Shown in pieces: positions 8,889 to 18,729 of a stretch of DNA of 64,000 nucleotides (position 1 is its first letter; each line of letters starts with the position of its first letter). The notes under the pieces were generated by a model. The model ran no database searches. It had not been told where the DNA came from and was given only the letters and a program-made list of their open reading frames with translations. This DNA comes from Bacillota bacterium (GTDB lineage Bacteria > Sysuimicrobiota > Sysuimicrobiia > Sysuimicrobiales > Segetimicrobiaceae). The DNA is taken from contig JAJPJL010000083.1 in the NCBI GenBank assembly GCA_021324255.1, forward strand, positions 9,291-73,290, written 5' to 3'. A program made the translations under genes and the position numbers.

Positions 8889-10444
8889 CGCGCGCCGCCC
8901 GCGCGACCCTCTCCCGGTGGCCGGGATGCTCCGCGTGGATCAACGGATGACGGGGCCGCGCCCCCAAGCGCGCTCGCCGCGAGGCGCGCCGCGCGCGCGT
9001 TGCTCGGCGCGAGCCAGACCCGGCGGCCGGCGAGCATGGTGTGCTGCCGTTGGAAATCCTGGAGATCGTCCGGCGTGCCGCACACCGACGCCACGACGAC
9101 GAGATCGCGCCCCGCAGCGGCGGCGGCCTGCCGCGCGTCGTCGAGGGCCGGGATGAGCGCGCGGGCCGGATTCGGGTGTGCATTGTACCCCAGCACCACG
9201 TCGAGCAGGATGACCGCGACCCTGGGATCGCGCGCCGCCTCCACGATGTGCTGGTTTCGCAGTCTGGGATCGATCATCGGGTGTAGCCTGCCGGTCGTGT
9301 ACCGGTCGTCGCCCAGGTCGACGATGGCGGCCCTCCCGGCGCCGGCGTCCCCCAAGGTGTGGCCGAGCACGAGCGCAGCTTCGGCCGCCAGGGAGCCGCC
9401 GCAGTACAGGCCGCGAATCTCCGTCTGCCCCGGCGCGAACCGCGGCTCGGCGGGCGGCGGCGGTGGCGGGTCCGGCATCTCGAGCGCGAGCGCCGTCCTG
9501 GCCACACCCCGCGCCATGGCGACCGCGTCGAGCGCGGCGTCCTCGAACGTACGCGGACCACCCGCCTCGCCGGTCCAGCCGAGAAAGTTGACGACGACCG
9601 GCTTTGGGCACTGGCGCACGGCTGCCATGACTCGTTCCGCCGCGGCGGCGCCGGGCGGTTTGGAGATCACGACGATCACGGCCGTACCCTCGTCCGCGGC
9701 CAGGCGCCGGAGCGCCGCCAGGGTCATGCGCCCACCGACGCGGTCGTCGAGATCGCGGCCGCCCACGCCGATGACCTGAGAGACGCCCTCGCCCAGCCGG
9801 TCGATCAGGCACGACACTTCCTGCAGGCCGGTCCCGGAGGCGCCGATGAGACCGATCCGCCCGCGCCGCACGGCGTTCGCAAAACCGAGCGGGACGCCGT
9901 CCAGGATCGCCGTGCCGCAGTCGGGCCCCATGACGAGCAGGTCCTTGCGCTCGGCGAGCTCCTTGAGCGCGATCTCGTCCGCGAGGGGCACGTTGTCGCT
10001 GAACAGGAAGACGTGAAGCCCGCGTTTGAGCGCCTTGAGCGCCTCGGCGGTCGCGTACGCGCCCGGGGCGGATACGAGCGCCAGGTTCGCGCCGGGCGTC
10101 TCCGCCATCGCATCGTGGAGCGTCGTCATCGGCGCGGCCCGGCGCTCCTCCCCCGTCGGGCGCGCGGGGCCGGCGAGCGCCGCGGCCGCCCGCTCCATCG
10201 CCGCCGCCCCCGCCTCGTCGCTCTCCGCGGCGACGGCCACAATGAGATCCGCGGGCCAGGTCTCGGCGGCATCGGGAAGCAGCAGGCCGGCGCCGGCGAG
10301 GAGATCGCGGTTTGCCGGCGTGGCCATCACGACGCCGGCTCGGGTGACCCCGGGGAGGTGCTCCAGGTCGGTGGCGATCCGCATCAGCTCCACCGAGTCC
10401 CGGTAGGTGTCCTTGAACACGCGCTGCCGCACGATGCCGGCCAC
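8885..10444 (-). CDS. fdrA: FdrA family protein (succinyl-CoA-synthetase-alpha-like fold)
   Basis: 519-aa ORF. The N-terminus VFKDTYRDSVELMRI resembles the FdrA N-terminus (F.DSV.LM). It has CoA-ligase-like Gly-rich segments (GASGTGLQE, GPDCGT). Confidence 0.7.
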   Translation of the reverse strand: MAGIVRQRVFKDTYRDSVELMRIATDLEHLPGVTRAGVVMATPANRDLLAGAGLLLPDAAETWPADLIVAVAAESDEAGAAAMERAAAALAGPARPTGEERRAAPMTTLHDAMAETPGANLALVSAPGAYATAEALKALKRGLHVFLFSDNVPLADEIALKELAERKDLLVMGPDCGTAILDGVPLGFANAVRRGRIGLIGASGTGLQEVSCLIDRLGEGVSQVIGVGGRDLDDRVGGRMTLAALRRLAADEGTAVIVVISKPPGAAAAERVMAAVRQCPKPVVVNFLGWTGEAGGPRTFEDAALDAVAMARGVARTALALEMPDPPPPPPAEPRFAPGQTEIRGLYCGGSLAAEAALVLGHTLGDAGAGRAAIVDLGDDRYTTGRLHPMIDPRLRNQHIVEAARDPRVAVILLDVVLGYNAHPNPARALIPALDDARQAAAAAGRDLVVVASVCGTPDDLQDFQRQHTMLAGRRVWLAPSNARAARLAASALGGAAPSSVDPRGASRPPGEGRAGGAR

Positions 10445-10636
10445 CGGGCTACTCCTGGGTCACGTTGACTGGGATCGCAGCGTCGCGGGCGGCTGCCGGC
10501 GTCCACGGGAGCGACGCAGCACCGTGAGCGATCCCAGGCGGCGGCTCGTGGGCGCTCGGGATGTGCGTCGACGACATCCTCGAAGACGCCCCGGCGAAAC
10601 GGCCGGCGCGGACAGGCCGTGCCGGCACCGCGTTGA

Positions 10637-13450
10637 TTACGGCGCGGGCACCACGCTCCCCTGCTCCTCGCCGGCCGCGACGTTGACCGCGGACCCGGTA
10701 GGACCGTCGTCGGCGGGCGCCGCGTCCGGCCCCGCCGCGAGGACCCGGATATGGACGCCCTGCGCGTGGTCCACGCCGTAGTCCCGGAGCAACTCGAGCG
10801 AGGCCGCGTCCCCGACAAACTCCGCCGTCGTCTCCCGGCCGAGCGCGCGGGCGAGCGCGACGATGGCCTTGACGATGTGTTGGTCCACCGCGGCCGTGGC
10901 GAGATCCTTGACAAAGGCGCCGTCGATCTTCAGATAGTCGACCGGAAGGTACTTGAGGTGGTAAAAGGACGAAAACCCGACGCCGAAGTCATCGAGGCCG
11001 CAGCGGCAGCCGATGTTCTTGATGCCGGTGATGAACGCCTCGGCGTGGTTCAGGTTCGCGATCGCGGACGTCTCGGTAATCTCGAACGAGAGGCTCGCCG
11101 GCGGCACGGCCGCGGCGGACAGCTCGCCCTGGATGAACGGGAGCAGATCGGGGTCCGCGAGCGTGCGACCCGAGAGGTTGATGGCGTAGGCGGGCTCGCG
11201 GCCGGCGCGCCGGGCGTCCGCGATGAGGCGGATCGCGCGCCGCACCACCCAGCGATCGATCTCGCGGATTTGTCCAAAGCGTTCGGCCGTATCGAGAAAC
11301 TTGGCCGGGAGGATCAACTCCCCGTCCTCGTCCACCATCCGCAGCAGCAGCTCATACTGCGCGATCCGTCCCGTGCGGAGCGCCAGGATGGGGTCACGCT
11401 CGAATTGGAACCCGTCGTGGGCGAGCGCCGCGCGAATGCGCTCGTGCCAGTGCAGCCGCGCCTGGCTCTCGCGCTCCGCCGTCCCGCCGTCCCGGTACAC
11501 CTCGACGCGGTTGCGGCCGTTGCCTTTCGCCTCGTACAGCGCGATGTCCGCCCGGGAGAGGAGTTCTTCCAGCGTGGTCCCGTGCGCCGGGAAGAGCGCG
11601 ATCCCGATGCTCGCCGTCACGCTGAGCGGCTTGTCCTGCACCACCACGGCCCGGCTGCGCACCGTCTCCAGCACCTTGCGGGACGCCCCGAGCGCTTCGG
11701 CGGCCTCGGTCTCGGGCAGCAGCACGGCGAACTCGTCGCCGCCGAGCCGGCCGATGACGTCGTGCTTGCGCATGTGACCGCGGAGGATGCCCGCCAGCCA
11801 GGTCAGCACCTGGTCCCCCGCGGAGTGGCCGAGGGTGTCGTTGATGTGCTTGAATTCGTCGAGATCGAGCAGCATGAGCGCGCCGCGCGTCCCGTGCCGG
11901 CGGGACTCCGTGAGCGACTGCTCCAGGCTTTCCTCCAGCCGCCGCCGATTGTAGAGGTTGGTCAGCGCGTCGTGGTTGGCGAGCTGCATCAGCTGCGCCT
12001 CGATGCGCTTGCGCTCGCTGATGTCGCGCGCCACGATCGAGTAGCACTTCACGGTCCCGTCCGGCGCGAGATGCGCGAGCACCACCTGGGAGACGTCGAT
12101 CTCCGCGCCGTCGCGCGCCCGCAGCACCGTCTCCCCCGTCCACCCGCCGTCCCGGACGGCGCCGGGGAGCATCTCGTTCAGCACCCACGTGCGCAGGCGC
12201 TCGGGGTAGACGTCGGCGATGGTGAACTCGGAGAGATCGGCGTCGCCCGGGAGACGCAGCATCTGGCGCCCCGCCCAGTTGATGTAGATGCCGTGGGCCG
12301 GGACGTCGGTGACCATCACGAAATCGCTCGTCGAATCCAGGATCTCGCGGAACTGCGAATAGGCGTCCTGCGCCTGCTGCAACGCCGTCACGTCGGCGAC
12401 GACGGCGAGCACGCCGACGGACGCCGCGCCCCGGTCGCGCACCGGCATGACCGCGCCGACGAGATCCACGGGCGCGCCGTTCTTGCGATGATACCGGAAG
12501 TTGACCGCCCCGTATTCCTCGCCGCTGGCCGCCTGGGCGCACATGGCCGCGAGGTCGTCGTCCCCGGCGCCGAGCTGGGACGGCAGCGGCCGGCCGAGCA
12601 CCTCGGCCGCCTCCCAGCCGAACAACCGCTCGGCCGCCGCGTTCCATTGGGTCACGTTCCCGGCGAGATCGAGCCCGATGACCGCCGCCGGAGAGACCTT
12701 GAGAAGCGCCCCGAGAATCGCCTCGCTCCTCCGGAGGGCGGCGCCGGCGCGGCTGTGGCTGAGCATGCCGGCCACGGCGGCCGCCGCGGCGTGGAGAAAC
12801 GCGACCTCATCGTCGTCGAAGACACGCGGTTCCCGGGACGCAACGAGGAGCGCGCCGCCCGGGCGCCGTTCATCCTCGAACGGCACACAGACCGCGCTCC
12901 GGCATGCGTGCGTCTCGAGCAACGCGTCCCGAAAGCGTCCGTCGCGCTCGACGTCCTGCGCGACGACGGTTGCACCGCTGGCCAGCGCGTACCCGGGCAG
13001 CGACGCGGTCCCGGGCTCCGCCAGGGTACGGCCGGCGACGCCCGGCCACCCCGTTCCCGCGCGCAGGATGAGGCGGGCGCCGTCGCGTGCGGGCTCGTAG
13101 ATCGCCGTGTACGGCGCACGCAGCGCCTCGGCGATCAACTCAACGGTGTTCTCGAGCAGGACCGGTGCCGGCGTGCCGTCGGTCACCTTCCGCAGCAGCG
13201 CGAGCAGCCGGGTCAGCAAGGCGGCCTGCGTCCGGTCGAGCCCCGCCGCCCGAACGTCGCGGGGGATCGCACCGGATGGCGCCGGCGTAGGCGCCCCGGC
13301 GGCCGCCTGCGCGGTCCGTGCCGGGACCGCGGCTGCGCCGTCAGAAGACCGCCGGGTGACCGGCGTGGGCGCTTCGGCGGATCGTCCCAGACCAAACAGC
13401 CGAAGCGGCACGAGAGGCTTTGGCGGTCTCATCACGTAGGACGTACCCAA
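10637..13450 (-). CDS. Cytoplasmic GAF-PAS-PAS-GGDEF-EAL c-di-GMP turnover protein
   Basis: 937-aa ORF. GGDEF motif RLGGDEFAVLL. EAL-domain motifs QYELLLR, EITE, DDFGVGFSS, KIDG. PAS-like segments (NVTQWNAAAERLFGW) and a GAF-like N-terminal region. Start could be M1 (13450) or M7. Confidence 0.85.
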   Translation of the reverse strand: MGTSYVMRPPKPLVPLRLFGLGRSAEAPTPVTRRSSDGAAAVPARTAQAAAGAPTPAPSGAIPRDVRAAGLDRTQAALLTRLLALLRKVTDGTPAPVLLENTVELIAEALRAPYTAIYEPARDGARLILRAGTGWPGVAGRTLAEPGTASLPGYALASGATVVAQDVERDGRFRDALLETHACRSAVCVPFEDERRPGGALLVASREPRVFDDDEVAFLHAAAAAVAGMLSHSRAGAALRRSEAILGALLKVSPAAVIGLDLAGNVTQWNAAAERLFGWEAAEVLGRPLPSQLGAGDDDLAAMCAQAASGEEYGAVNFRYHRKNGAPVDLVGAVMPVRDRGAASVGVLAVVADVTALQQAQDAYSQFREILDSTSDFVMVTDVPAHGIYINWAGRQMLRLPGDADLSEFTIADVYPERLRTWVLNEMLPGAVRDGGWTGETVLRARDGAEIDVSQVVLAHLAPDGTVKCYSIVARDISERKRIEAQLMQLANHDALTNLYNRRRLEESLEQSLTESRRHGTRGALMLLDLDEFKHINDTLGHSAGDQVLTWLAGILRGHMRKHDVIGRLGGDEFAVLLPETEAAEALGASRKVLETVRSRAVVVQDKPLSVTASIGIALFPAHGTTLEELLSRADIALYEAKGNGRNRVEVYRDGGTAERESQARLHWHERIRAALAHDGFQFERDPILALRTGRIAQYELLLRMVDEDGELILPAKFLDTAERFGQIREIDRWVVRRAIRLIADARRAGREPAYAINLSGRTLADPDLLPFIQGELSAAAVPPASLSFEITETSAIANLNHAEAFITGIKNIGCRCGLDDFGVGFSSFYHLKYLPVDYLKIDGAFVKDLATAAVDQHIVKAIVALARALGRETTAEFVGDAASLELLRDYGVDHAQGVHIRVLAAGPDAAPADDGPTGSAVNVAAGEEQGSVVPAP

Positions 13451-13588
13451 AACAGCCGCGTGGAAGACCGTCGTCCCGGGGCGGGAGATGTGCGATCACA
13501 CCGCTATGCTGAGTACACGCGCCGAGCGCGCCGGGAGCGGTCGCGATGCGGCGCGCTCCTCGATCGCGATGTTTGCGGTTGACGCGTC

Positions 13589-15898
13589 CTAACGCGGCGC
13601 CTTCGCCGCACGCACGGCCGTCGCGATCCGTTCAGGGGTCGCCGGCATGTCAACGTGGCGGACGCCGAGATGGCTCAGCGCGTCGACGACGGCGTTCAGG
13701 ACCGCCGGCGTGGACCCGATCGTCGCCGCCTCGCCGACGCCCTTCGCGCCGAGCGGGTTGCGCGGGGTCGGGGTGACGGAGAGCCCCCGCTCCATGCGCG
13801 GCAGGAGCTCGGCCTTGGGCACGCCGTACTCCGCAAGCGTCCCCGTCAACAGCTGGCCCTGCTCGTCGTAGACGACCCCTTCGAGCAACGCCTGCGCCGC
13901 GCCCTGCGCGATCCCGCCGTGGACCTGCCCGTCGACCAACAGCGGGTTGATCACGCGGCCGCAATCGTCCACGGCGATGTAGCGCGTGATCCTGGACACG
14001 TACGTTTCCGGATCGATCTCGACGACGCAGACGTGCGTGCCGAATGGAAACGTCGTGCCCTCCGACTTGAACCGGCTCGTGGCCTCGAGCCCGGGATCCT
14101 GCCCCGCCGGCACGTGCTTGCCGTCGTACGCCGCCTGGGCCACCTGCGCGATCGTCACCGTGCGCGCCGGGGCGCCGCGGACCGTCACGGCGGCGTGCTG
14201 CAGCACGAGGTCTGCCGCGGCGGCTTCGAGCATGCTGGCGGCGACGCCCAGAATTTGCCCCCGCACCTCGGTCGCCGCGAGGTGCACCGCGGAGCCGCCG
14301 AGCGCCATGCTGCGGCTGCCGCTCGTCCCGCCGCCGTGCTGGACCAGCAGCGTGTCGCCGTGGATGACCGTGATCTGATCGATCGGGATGCTCAGCGTGT
14401 CGGACACGATTTGCGCAAAGCCCGTGGCGTCGCCCTGGCCGTGGGGCGACGTCCCGGTGACGACCGTGGCGGTGCCGTCCTTGTTGACGCGGACCGTGCC
14501 GAGCTCCCACGCGCCGAATCCGCAGATCTCGACGTAGCTGGCCACCCCGATGCCCACCAGGCGTCCCGATCGCCGCGCGGCGTCCTGCTCGCGCCGCAGG
14601 CGCGCATAGTCCGCGATCCGCAGGGCCTCGTCCAGCGGCTTCGCATATTCGCCGGTGTCATATTTGACGCCGCTCGCGGCCGTGTACGGGAACCTGGACG
14701 GCGCGATGAAGTTGCGGCGCCGCACGTCGGCCGGATCCACGCCCGTGGCGTCCGCAACGAGGTCCATGATGCGCTCGAGGTAATAGGTGGCTTCCGGTCG
14801 CCCGGCGCCTCGATACGCGCCGGTCGGACAGGTATTCGTGTACAGGCCGAGCAACTCACACCGGATCGCCGGGATCTCGTACGGCCCCTGGATCATCAGC
14901 GGCGTCAGCGTGGGGATGATCGCGGTGACGTACAGGCACTCGGCCCCCAGGTCGCCGAGCACGCGGCACCGGATGCCGCGGATCCGCCCATCGCGCTCCG
15001 CGGCGGCCTCGACCTCAAACACCTGCGCGCGGCCGTGGGTGGTGGTCAGGAGGTTCTCGCGCCGGGTCTCGATCCACTTCACCGGCCGGCGCAGCCGGCG
15101 CGCGACTTCCGCCACGACCGCATCCTCCGGGTACACGTTGAGCTTGGCGCCGAACCCGCCGCCGACGTCGGGGGTGATGACCCGGATCCGGCGCGCTTCG
15201 AGGCCGAGCACGCGGCTCAGCCCGTCCCGGATCGCATGCGCCTCCTGCGTGGAGGTCCACACGGTCAGGATCCCCTGCCCCTGGCTCCCGTCGTACGCGG
15301 CCACCGTGCCGCGACCCTCCATCGACACGGGCGCGAGGCGCTGGTTGACCATGCGCTGCCGCACGACGACCGGCGCACCCCTAAAGGCCGCGTCCACGTC
15401 GCCGTGGTCGAGCGTCGTCGCGTACGCCACGTTGGTATCGGTCCCGTCGTGCGCAAACGGCGGCCCCGCCGCCGCCCGCTCGAGATCCACGGCGGCCGGC
15501 AGCGGATCGTACGTGACCTCCACGAGATCGGCCGCATCTCGCGCGACGTACGCCGACTCCGCGACGACGACCGCGACCGGTTGTCCGGCGTAGACGGCCT
15601 CGCGATCGGCCAGCGGCAGATGGGGCGACGGCCGCATGCCGTCGACATCCATCGTAGGGAACGGCTGTTGGATGTTCCGGAGGTCGCCCGGGGCAAACGC
15701 GGCGACGACGCCGGGGTGGGCGCGCGCCGCGTCGAGCCGGACGCCGGTCACCCGCGCGTGGCCGTAGGGGCTCCTGACGAACGCGGCGTGCAGCATCCCG
15801 GCCAGCGTGAGGTCGTCGACGTACGACCCTTCGCCGCGGATCAGCTTGGGGTCTTCGATGCGCTTGATCCGGGCGCCGACATACTGGGAAACGGCCAT
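13589..15898 (-). CDS. Xanthine dehydrogenase-family molybdopterin-binding subunit, form-II CoxL-like
   Basis: Within ORF 13589..16399. ATG 15898 chosen (MAVSQYVGARIKRIEDPKLIRGEGSYVDD, the typical family N-terminus). Active-site loop is GAYRGAGRPE (form-II CoxL signature AYRGAGR). Confidence 0.85.
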   Translation of the reverse strand: MAVSQYVGARIKRIEDPKLIRGEGSYVDDLTLAGMLHAAFVRSPYGHARVTGVRLDAARAHPGVVAAFAPGDLRNIQQPFPTMDVDGMRPSPHLPLADREAVYAGQPVAVVVAESAYVARDAADLVEVTYDPLPAAVDLERAAAGPPFAHDGTDTNVAYATTLDHGDVDAAFRGAPVVVRQRMVNQRLAPVSMEGRGTVAAYDGSQGQGILTVWTSTQEAHAIRDGLSRVLGLEARRIRVITPDVGGGFGAKLNVYPEDAVVAEVARRLRRPVKWIETRRENLLTTTHGRAQVFEVEAAAERDGRIRGIRCRVLGDLGAECLYVTAIIPTLTPLMIQGPYEIPAIRCELLGLYTNTCPTGAYRGAGRPEATYYLERIMDLVADATGVDPADVRRRNFIAPSRFPYTAASGVKYDTGEYAKPLDEALRIADYARLRREQDAARRSGRLVGIGVASYVEICGFGAWELGTVRVNKDGTATVVTGTSPHGQGDATGFAQIVSDTLSIPIDQITVIHGDTLLVQHGGGTSGSRSMALGGSAVHLAATEVRGQILGVAASMLEAAAADLVLQHAAVTVRGAPARTVTIAQVAQAAYDGKHVPAGQDPGLEATSRFKSEGTTFPFGTHVCVVEIDPETYVSRITRYIAVDDCGRVINPLLVDGQVHGGIAQGAAQALLEGVVYDEQGQLLTGTLAEYGVPKAELLPRMERGLSVTPTPRNPLGAKGVGEAATIGSTPAVLNAVVDALSHLGVRHVDMPATPERIATAVRAAKAPR

Positions 15899-16133
15899 CG
15901 CGTCACCGTCCTCGGGCGTGCCCCACAGCGTGCGCCGCCGGGCTGCGAGCGTTGTTCGACCGCGCAAAAGCCCCCCCCTTCCGCGCGTGTCGTATAGCCG
16001 AACGCGCGGCGTCTTCCCCTCATCCAGCCGAGGGAAGGCGCCGCGGGAACACGAAACAGCCCGCACACATCCTTGGTGCGGTGCCAAGCGCGCACCCGCG
16101 TTCGTACGTGACCGCGTGATCGGAGCAGTTCGG

Positions 16134-17444
16134 ATGAGCGAGCCCCTGGTGACCGTGGCGGACGTCATGGTCGCGGACACGGTCGGTGTGCCGCCAGACG
16201 CGACGGTCGGCCGTGCCTGCGCGCTCCTGGTCGAGCACCGGCTGGGGGGACTCCCGGTCGTGGACGGCGGGCGGGTCGTTGGCTTTGTGACCCCCGCACG
16301 CCTGCTCGGCCAGCCCGCGGAGCGGGCCGTCGCCGACGTGATGCTGAGCCCGGTGGCGTGCCCGACGCCCGATCTCTCGCTGGTCCAGGCGCACGCCATG
16401 GCCGCGAGCCAGCACCTCGAGGCGCTCCCGGTGGTGGATCAGCGCGGGCTCGCCGGTCAGGTCTCCCTCGTCGCCATCCTGCAGGCCAAGAGCCAGGAGA
16501 CCGACCCGCTGACGGGCTTGCCGTGGGCGACCGCGCTCCGCGCGTGGGCCGCGGCCGAGTTGACCCAGGGCCACGAGCTCGCCATGGTGTTTGTCGATCT
16601 CGACAACTTCGGCGCCGTGAACAAGCTGCTGGGGCACGTGGTCGGCGACGACGTGCTGCGGGCCGTGGCGTCGCAGCTGACCGCGGTCGTGGACGTGCAC
16701 ACGGACCTGCTCTGCCGGTACGGGGGCGACGAGTTCGCGATCGCGACGACGCGCCGCGACGTCGATGCCCGGGCCCTGGCGGCACTGGTGCAGGAACGCA
16801 TCGCCGTTCCGGTCGAGGTCGACGGCGAGTCGCGGCGGGTTACGGCGAGCGTGGGGTACGCGGGCGGCCGGCGGCTCCACCGCCGCACGGCGGCGCACGC
16901 CGCGGCCAACGTGGACGATCTCCTGTCGCTGGCGAGCCGCGCATCCACGCGCGCCAAGGAATCACCGGACGGCCTGGCCCGCCGGGCGACGTGGGACGGA
17001 CGCCGTGCGGCCCCGGCGGGTACGCCCGGGCCTCCCGAGGCGCGCCTGTGTCTCGTGGAGATCCGCACGGCCAAGAGTCTCGACCAGTCCTCGGTGTCCG
17101 TCCGGCTGCGGCTCGGCGCGCGGGAGGGGATCGGCACGGCGGCCTCGCCGGGAACCAGCCCGCCGATGGCGCGGCTCGCCGCTGCCGCGACCCTGCGGGC
17201 CGTGCTGCGGGCGGCGGGCGAGCGCTTCGCGTATGTGGTCGATGACCTGGCGGAGGTCCCGAGCGCGCCGGAGCGGGTGATCGTGGTGGTGCTCGAGGAC
17301 GCGACGAATGTCGCGCGCCGGTTCATCGGCGCGGCGAGGGGCGCGGACGAGTCGGACGCCGCCGCCAAGGCGGTGCTCGACGCGCTCAACCGCGTGCTGG
17401 CGCGGCCGTTTGGCGAAATCCTGCGCGCCCAACCGGTTTCGTAG
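16134..17444 (+). CDS. CBS-pair + GGDEF diguanylate cyclase with unassigned ~145-aa C-terminal domain
   Basis: Within ORF 15807..17444. ATG 16134 chosen (MSEPLVTVADVM...). Two CBS-like repeats and an intact RYGGDEFAI motif. The C-terminal part matches no family I recognise. Confidence 0.8.
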   Translation: MSEPLVTVADVMVADTVGVPPDATVGRACALLVEHRLGGLPVVDGGRVVGFVTPARLLGQPAERAVADVMLSPVACPTPDLSLVQAHAMAASQHLEALPVVDQRGLAGQVSLVAILQAKSQETDPLTGLPWATALRAWAAAELTQGHELAMVFVDLDNFGAVNKLLGHVVGDDVLRAVASQLTAVVDVHTDLLCRYGGDEFAIATTRRDVDARALAALVQERIAVPVEVDGESRRVTASVGYAGGRRLHRRTAAHAAANVDDLLSLASRASTRAKESPDGLARRATWDGRRAAPAGTPGPPEARLCLVEIRTAKSLDQSSVSVRLRLGAREGIGTAASPGTSPPMARLAAAATLRAVLRAAGERFAYVVDDLAEVPSAPERVIVVVLEDATNVARRFIGAARGADESDAAAKAVLDALNRVLARPFGEILRAQPVS

Positions 17445-17483
17445 CGCGCCGTCCCGAAGCGGTGCGCGCACCCGGTCGGATCG

Positions 17484-18695
17484 CTACACGCGGGCGAGTT
17501 GCGCGGCGGCGGCCGACGACACCACCACGAGCCACGGCGGCGCCCGCAGCACGCCGAGCGCCATGTACGCCATGAGCGCGATCGCGACGTCGGCCGGGGC
17601 CCGCACGGCGGTCATCCACACGGGCTGATAGAGGGCGGCCAGCAGGACGCCCACGACCACGGCGTTGACGCCTTGGAGGGCGGCGGCGACGGCGCGGTTG
17701 CGCATGAGCGTGTTCCAGAACGGCAGGATCGCCGCGATGAGGAGGAACGACGGCAGGTAGATCGCCAGCAGGGTGACGGCCGCGCCGCCGATCCCGCTGA
17801 CCGGGCCGTGCATCGCGGCCCCCAGGTAGGCCGCGAACGTGAACAGCGGACCCGGGACCGCTTGCGCCGCTCCATACCCCGCGAGAAACGTGCCCGCGCC
17901 GACCCACCCGGGCGGCACGACGCGCGCCTGCAGCAGCGGCAGCACTACGTGTCCCCCGCCGAAGACGAGCGCCCCGGCCTCGTAAAAGGCGCCGATCACC
18001 CCGAGCGGCCCCGCGGTCCAGCTTCGCGGCACGACGGCAAAGCCGGCGAGCAGCACCGCGAAGACGGCGCCGGCCACCGCCGCCGCTGTCTTGTGACCGG
18101 ACACCGGTAGCGGCCGCGTGTCGCCGCCGGACGGCGTCACGAACCGCAAGCCGTAGAGCGCCCCGAGCGCCATCACGCCGAGCTGGACGAGGCCGTTCGG
18201 CGGGGACAGAAGGATGAGCGCCGCCGCGGCGAACGCGACCACCCGCCGGGGGTTGTCCGGACACAGGGACCGGTACATGCTGGTCACGGCGAGGCCGACG
18301 ACGGCGACCGCGGCGATGAGCAGGCCGTGGACCCACGGCGCCGTGGCGACCTGGGGGAGGCGGGCGATCCCGAGCGCAAACGCGACGAGCAGCGCGGCCG
18401 ACGGCAACGTGAACCCGCACCATGCGAGCGCGGCCCCTGCCGCCCCGCCGCGGATCAAGCCGATGATCATGCCGGCTTGGCTGCTCGCCGGGCCCGGCAG
18501 GAACTGGCAGAGCGCGACGACCTGCGCGAATGTCGGCTGATCGAGCCAGCCCCGGCGGTGAACGAACTCCTCGTTGAAGTACCCGAGGTGGGCGATTGGA
18601 CCGCCAAATGACGTGACGCCGAGGCGCAGAAAGGCGCCGAACACTTCACGCGCCCCGCCGCGGCGCGCGCCCTCGCCCGGGGCGGGCCCGGTCAC
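17484..18695 (-). CDS. chrA: Chromate transporter ChrA (two-domain CHR family)
   Basis: 403-aa polytopic ORF. CHR motif FLRLGVTSFGGPIAHLGYF...CQFLPGPASSQ, repeated in the second half (AAQAVPGPLFTFAAYLG). GTG start. Confidence 0.85.
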   Translation of the reverse strand: MTGPAPGEGARRGGAREVFGAFLRLGVTSFGGPIAHLGYFNEEFVHRRGWLDQPTFAQVVALCQFLPGPASSQAGMIIGLIRGGAAGAALAWCGFTLPSAALLVAFALGIARLPQVATAPWVHGLLIAAVAVVGLAVTSMYRSLCPDNPRRVVAFAAAALILLSPPNGLVQLGVMALGALYGLRFVTPSGGDTRPLPVSGHKTAAAVAGAVFAVLLAGFAVVPRSWTAGPLGVIGAFYEAGALVFGGGHVVLPLLQARVVPPGWVGAGTFLAGYGAAQAVPGPLFTFAAYLGAAMHGPVSGIGGAAVTLLAIYLPSFLLIAAILPFWNTLMRNRAVAAALQGVNAVVVGVLLAALYQPVWMTAVRAPADVAIALMAYMALGVLRAPPWLVVVSSAAAAQLARV

Positions 18696-18729
18696 CGGAG
18701 CCTCTTCGGTGGCCGCCGGTTGCGTGATG

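Noticed and set aside
10751-13582. Very long ORFs antisense to, or out of frame with, recognised genes. Examples: 10751..13582 (+, 943 aa), 13655..15997 (+), 45439..48408 (+, 989 aa), 24158..26188 (+), 3795..5369 (+), 56408..57922 (-), 57586..58731 (-), 21294..23201 (+), 34715..37387 (+).
   Set aside because: All are Arg/Pro/Gly/Ala/His-rich with no recognisable motif. Each mirrors a gene with clear family signatures on the other strand or frame. Stop codons are rare in such GC-rich DNA, so long spurious ORFs are expected.
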